Of a stretch of 64,000 bases of DNA, positions 54,959 through 64,000 are shown in pieces. This DNA is from Octopus vulgaris. Lineage: Eukaryota. The position numbers and the translations under genes were made by a program. The stretch is from positions 26,846,001 through 26,910,000 of the forward strand of contig OX597835.1 in NCBI GenBank assembly GCA_951406725.2. The letters are read 5' to 3'. The notes beneath the pieces are model-generated. The model was not told the origin of the DNA. It saw nothing but the letters and a program-made list of their open reading frames with translations, and ran no database searches. The stretch's first letter is position 1; the number at the start of each line of letters is the position of its first letter.

Positions 54959-55256
54959 CTGCTCACCCAAATAAAAGAAAAACAATTATCACTGCTCATT
55001 GATACAGTGAACAAAAAGCTCGCTTTCCAACCACATGGTTCTGAGTTCAATCCCACTGAGTGGAACCTTGAGCAAGTGTCTTCTATTTTAGTTTTGAACT
55101 GATCAATGCTTTGTGAGGAATTTGATAGCATTTATATTTGTGTCTTTTTGCTTCTGTTTCCTCCTCACAGCTTGATGACTCAACACTTCAACAAAAGACA
55201 CTGATAGATCAGACACCAAGTACATTAAGTACTGGAGTCGATTTGTTCCGTTAAAC

Positions 55257-55586
55257 CAGTAGTTCTCAGTCGGGTCCACATGGCCCTTTGGGGTCCATAC
55301 GGCCCTTTGGGGTCCCCACGGCCCTTTGGGGTCCACATAAGATTTTGCTGTTAAAATTTATGCGATAAACTGGTTATACTTCTAGAATGCACAAAATATT
55401 TTAACAGTTGTTTTTTTATTCAATAGGCGCAGGAGTGGCTGTAACTTGCTTACCAACCACATGGTGCCGGGTTCAGTCCCACTACGTGGCACCTTGGGCA
55501 AGTGTCTTCTACTATAGACTCGGGCCGACCAAAGCCTTGTGAATGGATTTAATAGACGGAAGCAGGAAGAAGCCCGTCGTATATGC

Positions 55587-55622
<36 letters not shown>

Positions 55623-55978
55623 ATATGTATATGTATATGTGCGTATATATCTGTGTCAGTGTTTGCCCCCAACATCGCTTGACAACCGATGCTGGTGTGT
55701 TTACGTCCGCGTAACTTAGCGGTTCGGCAAAAGAGACCGATAGAATAAGTACTAGGCTTACAAAGAATAAGCTCTGGTGTCGATTTGCTCGACTAAAGGC
55801 GGTGCTCCAGCATGGCCGCAGTCAAATGACTGAAACAAGTAAAAGAAAATCCTAATAATATTTAATTATAAAAATATAATAGGACCTTTTTTTTAATCAT
55901 AGAATGTTTATTAGGGTCCAGCAGAGTAAAATAGTAACTAAAAGGGTCCATAGGGGGGGAAATGGTTGAGAACCCTTG
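55257..55978. mobile_element. hAT-like MITE interrupted by SINE B
   Basis: Ends cagtagttctcagtc and ggttgagaacccttg, with 3 x 21-bp gggtcc..ggccctttg subterminal repeats. No clean TSD. Confidence 0.55.
55425..55848 (+). mobile_element. SINE family B, full length
   Basis: Near-consensus copy. Confidence 0.9.
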
Positions 55979-56110
55979 GATAAAAATCTTCAAGTGGATG
56001 CTCCAGCATGGCTGAAATTCTATGGTTGAAACAAATAAGAAGTGAAATATGTACGTAAGTGTAGACAAGTATAAACGAATTAGACATAACAGCTTGAGTT
56101 TGATATACAA

Positions 56111-56143
<33 letters not shown>

Positions 56144-56493
56144 GTGTATGTGTGTGTGTGTGTGTGTATTTGTGTGTCTGTGTTTGTCTCCCCAACATCG
56201 CTTGACAACCGATGCTGGTGTGTTTACGTCCCCGTAACTTAGAGGTTCGGCAAAAGAGACCGATAGAATAAGTACTAGGCTTGCAAAGAATAAGTCCTGG
56301 GGTCGATTTGCACGACCAAAGTTGGTACTCCAGCATGGCCACAGTCAAATGACTGAAACAAATAAAAGAGTAAGTCGATGCTCGGGCATGGCCGCAATTC
56401 CATGGTTGAAACAAGTAAGAAGTGAAATATGTACGTGAGTAAGTGTAGACAAGTATAAACGAATTAGACATAACAGCTTGAGTTTGATATACA

Positions 56494-56543
<50 letters not shown>

Positions 56544-56837
56544 ACGTACGTATAATACAAACAGAAGAAAACAAAGAATGAAAACATTCAGACGATAAAT
56601 ATTTAAGAATAAATAAATTCGTTTATGTCTTTGTTTTGCAAGATTCCTGTTGTGAAATCGTGTGTTGAAACAAATATAGACACACGAAAGATTTAAGACA
56701 AAGGACAGTAGAATGAGAACAATAATAAATCTGAAGTGAACAACGAATATAGAGAGCGTGTGTTTACTTGGCAACAAAAAAAATGGCCGTTCCGAAATAT
56801 AACAATATAAGTATATAGATATTTATATATCAATAGG

Positions 56838-57452
56838 TGGAGACGCGTGGCTTAGTGGTAAAGGTGCTGGACTCATGATCGTAAGATTGTGGTTTCGATT
56901 CCTGGACCGGGCAATGCATTGTGTTCTAGGTGCTGGACAGTGGGGGCGCGTGGCTTAGTGGTTAGGACATTCGGCTCATGATCGTAAGGTTGTGAGTTCG
57001 ATTCCCGGCGACCCGTTGTGTCCTTGAGCAAGACACTTTATTTCACGTTGCTCCAGTCCACTCAGCTGGCAAAAATGAGTTGTACTTGTATTTCAAAGGG
57101 CCAGCCTTGTCACTCTCTGTGTCACGCTGATTATCCCCGAGAACTACGTTAAGGGTACACGTGTCTGTGGAATGCTCAGCCATTTGCACGTTAATTTCAC
57201 GAGCAAGCTGTTCCGTTGATCGTATCAGCTGGGACCCTCGTCGTCGTAACCGGCGGAGTCTTTTTTTTAGGTGCTGGACTCATGATCGTAAGATTGTGGT
57301 TTCGATTCTTGGACCGGGCAATGCATTGTGTTCTTGAGCAAAACACCTCATTTCACGTTGCTCCAGTCCACTCAGCTTCCCCAAAATGAGTAATATTGCG
57401 ACGGACGGGGTCCCGTCCATGTGGAGAATATATACGCTTTGGAAACCGGGAA
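56838..57452 (+). mobile_element. Nested SINE family D cluster: tail-1 copy (56944-57260) inside a copy with a C-type-2-like tail
   Basis: Candidate TSD taggtgctggac at about 56927 and 57268. The outer copy ends gcgacggacggggtcccgtcc...ggaaaccgggaa. Confidence 0.8.
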
Positions 57453-57590
57453 GGAATTTTACTTTTATTTTTACTATATATCAACAGAGTACAAATGAAA
57501 GAGAAAATTGAAGTGGAAGAGATAAGTAAGTGCTTGATAGTATGTGCGTATGTGTATTTGTCTGCGTATATTTCATTAAAAATACTATGC

Positions 57591-58090
57591 TACTGGGAAA
57601 GACTGAAAGTATTAAAACTCTTCTCCCTGGAGCGAAGGTGGGAGAGATATGCAGTGATATACATCTGGAAAATCCTGGAGGGTCTTGTCCCGAATTTTGG
57701 CATTGAAAGTTACCCCAACAGTAGAACGGGGCGCCACTGCATGGTGCCAAATATCCCAACATCACTATCAAAACACAGGACCAGATACTGCAACAGCTTG
57801 GGTTTCAGGGGACCACAGATCTTCAATAGCCTTCCTAAATGCCTGAGAGACCTGCATGGTGTGGATGTGGGTTTCTTTAAAACTAAACTTGATCTCTTCT
57901 TGTCAGGGGTTCCAGATGAACCTACCTCTCGGCAGGAAACACAGATGCGGGCAGCGGCGTCGAACTCCCTTGTTGACCAAGTGCCACGTATCAGAGGTGG
58001 TTTTACATACTAGTGTAGCTCATTCAACGATGGTGCCCCAGCATGGCTGCAGCTTTCGGGCTGAAACATTTTTAAGGATTTAAGGATTTA
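57591..58090 (+). mobile_element. CR1/L2-group LINE, 5'-truncated 3' end (open ORF2 C-terminus + 3' UTR)
   Basis: YWERLKVLKLFSLERRWERYAVIYIWKIL...FNSLPKCLR...FKTKLDLFL...SNSL, stop at 58013. The 3' UTR carries a stem-loop and a (TTTAAGGA)2 tail. Confidence 0.9.
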
Positions 58091-58684
58091 TTCGAAGGCC
58101 CCTTAGCTCCTTGAAGGACTCGTAGAGGCAACGTTGTAACTTGCGACATGTCTTGCATAATATAAGACCTTACTTGATCCATCCCACTTCAGATTTGTCA
58201 ACAGTCGATGTCTTCTAGAAGAAACAGTCAGAAAGAAATATTCAAGAAATGGAAGAATTGCCTCCACTCCCAATGCATTACGCATATTTTCTAATTTTCA
58301 ATTGTATTTTTTTCTTGTATAAAACAAAGTTCTTAACATTTTTATTAACGAGTTTATTGCCGTTGGTAGCCGTGTATCGTACTATTTCATCCTCCTTTAG
58401 AATCGTCGGTGACACTGCTAAGTTACGGTGACGTAAACACACCAACATCGGTTGTCAAGCGATGTTGGGGAGGCAAAAACACACACACACACATACACAT
58501 ATAAATATATATATACGACGGGCTTGTTTCAGTTTCCGTCTACGAAATCCACTCACCAGGTGCCACGCAGTGGGACTGAACCTGGAACCATGTGGTTCAT
58601 AAGCAAGCTACTTACAAAACAGCCACTCCTACGCCTTGAAGATTTTTATCCAGCGGTTCTCAACCGTTTTCCCCCTATGGACCC

Positions 58685-58753
58685 CTTCGTACAATGTTGA
58701 ATTTAGCAGAATTAATTTGTAATTAAGTCTGCTAAATTCAACATTGTACGAAG
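58685..58753. repeat. Near-perfect 69-bp palindrome
   Basis: cttcgtacaatgttgaatttagcaga and its complement (26 bp), plus inner ttaatt/aattaa and a 3-nt loop. Confidence 0.9.
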
Positions 58754-58777
58754 TTTCTTAAACAGAGAGAAAATAGT

Positions 58778-58992
58778 TACTCTCTTTTACTCTTTTACTT
58801 GTTTCAGTCATTTGACTGCGGCCATGCTGGAGCACCCCCTTTAGTCGAGCAAATCGACCCCGGGACTTATTCTTTGTAAGCCCAGTTCTTATTCTATCAG
58901 TCTCTTTTGCCGAACTGCTAAGTGACGGGGACGTAAACACACCAGCATCGGTTGTCAAGCAATGCTAGGGGGACAAACACAGACACACAAAT

Positions 58993-59045
<53 letters not shown>

Positions 59046-59208
59046 TACGACAAGCTTCTTTCAGTTTCCGTCTACCGAATCCACTCACAAGGCTTTGGTC
59101 GGCCCGGGGCTATAGCAGAAGACACTTGCCCAAGATGCCACGCAGTGGGACTGAACGCGGAACCATGTGGTTGGTTAGCAAGCTACTTACCACACAGCCA
59201 CTCCTGCG
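58778..59208 (-). mobile_element. SINE family B, full length (deleted copy at 58415-58635)
   Basis: Near-consensus copy. Confidence 0.9.
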
Positions 59209-59697
59209 TTCATAATTTAAAAACACATCTCATTTCATTTTCTTCTTTCATCTTAAATCGTAAGTTGTTTAGCAATATGGAAAATAGGAAGTGGAATTTC
59301 TTAGATGCCGGGAGAAAATATTTGCAGGACGACTCTGCCTAGCAAAAACCGTTTGTTTGTAGTTGAAGTTAATGTTTTTACTGCGAACAAGTTTCGCTAA
59401 CCTATTTTAGCATATTCTATTTTGAATGAAGTTAAAGATAGATATTTATGTTTATAACGTGTGTGTATGTATGTACGTATGTATGTATGTATGTATGTAT
59501 GTATGTATGTATGTATGTATGTATGTATGTATGTATGTATGTACAGGGTGGGACAAAAGTCACGTACAAAGTTAAATTCAATACACTACGGAACTGTGAG
59601 GGACATGCTTCGATTTTTCTAAAATTGAATAAAATAAATAAATTAATGATGAATATATATCTACTTGTACATGATGAACAAAATAGATAAATAAATA

Positions 59698-59753
<56 letters not shown>

Positions 59754-59810
59754 TAATAATAATCAACAATAATAAAAATAATGATAATAATAATAATAAT
59801 AATAATAATG

Positions 59811-59850
<40 letters not shown>

Positions 59851-60183
59851 GGCGCAAGGCTCAGTGGTTAGAGCGTCGAGCTTACGATCGTGAGGTTGTG
59901 AGCTCGAATCCCAGACCGGGCTGCGTGTTGTGTTCTTGAGCAAGAGACTTTATTTCACGTTGCTCCAGTTCACTCAGCTGTAGAAATGAGTTGCGACGTC
60001 ACAGGTGCCAAGCTGTGTCGGCCTTTGCCTTTCTCTTGGATAACACTGGTGGCGTGGAGAGGGGAGGCTGGTATGCATGGAAGACTGCTGGTCTTCCATA
60101 AAACAGCCTTGCCCAGAATTGTGCCTCGGAGGGTAACTTTCTTGGTGCAAGCCCATGGTCAGTGTCTGTCCGAAGGGGGTCTC
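59851..60183 (+). mobile_element. SINE family D, tail type 2, embedded in (TAA)n
   Basis: Head ggcgcaaggctcagtggttagagcg, CORE-like ttcttgagcaagagacttta, and (AAT)n on both sides. Confidence 0.88.
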
Positions 60184-60190
60184 AGTAATG

Positions 60191-60242
<52 letters not shown>

Positions 60243-60273
60243 CAACAACAACTATAATAATAATAATAATAAT

Positions 60274-60326
<53 letters not shown>

Positions 60327-60660
60327 CAACAACAAATTAATATGAACAAAATGTCAGATGTTTTGGTGCGTGACTCTTGGCCTACATTCTGTGTGTATGC
60401 ATGTGTGTGCGCGAGAGCACGACACTGTTTGTATGTGTCTGACTGTGTGTGTATGTATGTTTGTTTGCATGTGTATGCGTGTGTGCGTGTGTGTGCTTCT
60501 GTGTGTGTGTGTGTGTGTGTGTTGTAGATTATAGAAACACATTTTACGCAACAACTTCGCAACAACTTCGCATTATTCAAACCAGCAAACCAAAAAAGAG
60601 AAAAAGAAATAAAAATTCACCGTGTGGGATTGTAGTTATACAATGGAACCTGATTTATAT

Positions 60661-60892
60661 ATATTTCTTTACTACCCACAAGGGGCTAAACATAGAGGGG
60701 ACAAACAAGGACAGACAAATGGATTAAGTCGATTACATCGACCCCAGTGCGTAACTGGTACTTAATTTATCGACCCCGAAAGGATGAAAGGCAAAGTCGA
60801 CCTCGGCGGAATTTGAACCCAGAACGCAACGGCAGACGAAATACGGCTACGCATTTCGCCCGGCGTGCTAACGTTTCTGCCAGCTCGCCGCC
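60661..60892 (-). mobile_element. SINE family A, full length
   Basis: Minus strand ggcggcgagctggcagaaacgttagc...gggttcaaattccgccgaggtcgactttgcctttcatcctttcggggtcgataaattaagtaccag. Confidence 0.9.
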
Positions 60893-61031
60893 AAATGTGA
60901 ATTTCGACATCTTTCGAACTATCAAATCTGTGATGTATCGAAAACAGCGAAGGATTCATCGAGAAAAATCCCTTTATATACGTATTGTATTATAAAGTAA
61001 AAAAATACAGAAAGCACTATAAACTTCTGGG

Positions 61032-61185
61032 CTAGGTGAAGCGAGATCACTCCGGAAGCGACAGCCACGCATTTCGTTGTTGTTACAGCTTGTCAATATC
61101 ATCTAGTTGTGTCACTTCCGAAACGAGATTGAATCGGCCAGTTTGTCATTCGCGCGGTCGCTTCCGGATCGATTTCATTTGAACT
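61032..61185. mobile_element. Possible old MITE
   Basis: Inverted tccggaagcgac / gtcgcttccgga with weaker similarity further out. Confidence 0.4.
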
Positions 61186-61808
61186 ATCTCTGAACTACGT
61201 GGTGTTATTTTAACACGATACATTTATAAAAGAATTTTTGATCCGCACGAAAAACTGTAACCTCTGGTGTTCCAATGACACACATGAGTTAAGAATGTTA
61301 TAGAGATAAAGATGTTACTTTAAAGCTGTTCCTAATGCATAATTCCAATTCACATTTACTCATACACACATGCAAACAAACATACACACACACACAAACG
61401 CACGCACAGACACACTTACGCACGCAATGATAAAGAGTTACAGATTTGACAGATTTCAACAGAATTAGGTCGGCATAATTGTAGATGTCAACCTTCAGAC
61501 GCATTTAAGGGCCTCCAGAACTGCTGCGCATTCAGGGCACTGCAGTTACATGTATATACGACGGCTAAGGAGTGCGTACAACAGACGTAGACACGACCGA
61601 ATGTTTAATAGATAACCTTTGAAATAGTGGGAATGCGAGTTTGAACGTAACACCTGGCATCTTAGGGAAATGTCAGTTTTATGTTTATACACTTAAAATT
61701 TAAATTAATAATATCATAATCGTCATTTTGTTTTGTCCCCTGCTTTTTCTGATGTGGAACCGATATACACATGTTTTTGTGTGTGTGTGTGCGTGTGTGT
61801 GATATATA

Positions 61809-62994
61809 TCTTTATATATATATAAAACTGAGAATGTGTGTGTGTGTGTGTGTGTCTGTCTGTCTGTCTGTGTGTTTCCCTAAAACTTGAGAACTACACA
61901 ACCAATTTCATTCAAATTTTACACATGCCTTACTTAAGGTCCGGGGAGTGTCATCGGCAAAAGAATTTTGAACTTTTTGCCTAGGGCGAGCCCACAGCAA
62001 TATCATATCTTCTCCACTACGATTCCCTAAAACTTGAGAACTACACAACCAATTCCATTCAAATTTTACACATGCCTTACTTAGGGTCCATCTAGTTTCA
62101 TGGGCAAAAAAATGTTCAACTTCTTGCCTAGAGCGAGCCCATAGCAATATCTTATCTTCTCCACTATTTCAGTATTACGTGTTAAAAGTGAAACAAAAAT
62201 GTTTCTCTATTTTATGTCAGATACTTTCACTTTAACAATAAAAATAATAATAACAATTGAATTATATGTAATAAGTAATAATTAAAATCAAACTAAAGTA
62301 ACATGACAAAAGTAAAAATAGCAACTGGCATAAAATTGCATCAATGATTTGAACTTGAATAAGTGGTTTCACGTGAATGGGAATAAATTAAAAATAAAAT
62401 TAGCGTGCAGAAATGGAATAGTCCAGATGGATAATAAAAAATTAAATTAAAGAAAAGACTATTGTCTATAAAGTATACAATGTAGAGAAAAAGAAGATTT
62501 GAACACATGGAGGAAAGCACCTTCGAAAAGTGTCTTGGTGCGACTATGAAAAGTATCTAATCAGAGGCGGTAAATTCGCCACAATAGAAGCAAGGTTCGA
62601 GTCAACGGAGCGTGCAAGGAAGTACTCGACTCGAACTTGCAAAGTGGAAATATTTTATTTTACCTTTATATCTGGGACGTAGGACGTCCTAGAAAAAAAT
62701 TTTAAATGCCCCCCCCCCCCCCCGAAGTGGAGGTAGGCTGGATTGTAGCCATACTTCTATACAAGAGGGATGACAAGATACACTTGATCTAAATTACAAG
62801 AGACGGGCTAACAATTCCAGTCTGTTATATATTTTGAGTATTGTTATTACTAGCGATATCAAGATATAACTTTGTATTTTGTATTTTATGTGTAGATGTA
62901 TATATATAGATGTACATGTAATATGTACACATATATACACACATATATACATGCACTAGCACTATGACCCGGCAACGACGGGTCTTTAATGCTA

Positions 62995-62995
<1 letters not shown>
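61809..62995 (+). mobile_element. Non-autonomous Helitron-like element
   Basis: 5' A|TCtttatatatatataaaa, then microsatellite and an internal ~145-bp tandem duplication (61876-62165). A 3' hairpin gacccg-gcaacga-cgggtc followed by CTAG|T ends at 62995. Whether both ends belong to one element is uncertain. Confidence 0.6.
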
Positions 62996-63028
<33 letters not shown>

Positions 63029-63104
63029 ATATATATATATATAAAAATATAGAGCATATAAATATGTACACACACATAAATATATATACATATATATATA
63101 CATG

Positions 63105-63153
<49 letters not shown>

Positions 63154-63389
63154 GTTGTATACTGTCAATTTAACGTGACAGTAGGGGATTACACCACCGT
63201 TGTTTAGCCCTAGGAAGCATCGAACGCTTCCTGTCGACTTTGACACATTTACTGTGTCCTTATATATATTTACGAAGGGGAGACAAATACCCCCAACAGC
63301 TAATATATACATGTATATGTGTATATATATATATAAACATACATATACATACATGCATGTACACACCTACACACGCATATATACATACA

Positions 63390-63437
<48 letters not shown>

Positions 63438-63681
63438 TATATATATATATATATATATATACTTACTTACACATGCACAATCGCAAACACGTACACACAC
63501 ATATAAATAGATCAGTACATTTCAATAGGTATGTTTAATATACAATTACCTTTGTATTTTTCTGGTTGAATATGTGTGCATAAGTGTGTGTGTGAATATA
63601 TACATACATGTACATGTAATACATATATATATATTTTTGTATGTATGTACGAATGCATTAATGTATGTGTATATGTATGTA

Positions 63682-63735
<54 letters not shown>

Positions 63736-63895
63736 TATATATATGTTTATATATATATATATATACATGTGTACGTGTGTATGTGCGTGTGTAAGCGTTT
63801 AAACATATGTATATAAATATAGAAATATGCTGATAAAAAAAGGAGACAAAAATGTAAAGGATTGATTGAAGATTATTGTTTTATCGATTTTGATT

Positions 63896-63948
<53 letters not shown>

Positions 63949-64000
63949 TGTATATATATATGCATATATATATATACGTATATATATCCGTGTGTATGGG

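Noticed and set aside
57396-58013. 205-aa host gene
   Set aside because: The C-terminal part is LINE ORF2 and the N-terminal part is chance read-through from SINE and flank.

Overview
AT-rich, microsatellite-saturated animal genomic DNA. The SINE repertoire and the (TA)n/(CA)n/(TATC)n/(TACA)n/(TAA)n density suggest a coleoid cephalopod, probably Octopus (inference). I found no credible host protein-coding exon; almost all supplied ORFs are translated microsatellites. The window is intergenic or intronic transposon debris. It holds four tRNA-derived SINE head families (labelled A-D here); fragments of CR1-like, L2/CR1-group, RTE, Jockey/CR1-like and RLE-type (R4/Dong-like) LINEs; Penelope-like element (PLE) RT and GIY-YIG remnants; an internally deleted mariner beside a pogo/Tigger-like remnant; MITEs; and two non-autonomous Helitrons. 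The most notable signals are (i) a dispersed set of minimal type-I hammerhead ribozyme motifs from several PLE-like families, some arranged as tandem or fold-back pairs; (ii) modular SINEs in which one head carries three unrelated 3' tails, plus a SINE/LINE 3' stem-loop with compensatory changes; and (iii) many short retroelement pieces bracketed by (TA)n. Coordinates were read by eye and may be off by a few bases. Family names are by motif recognition only, without a database search.
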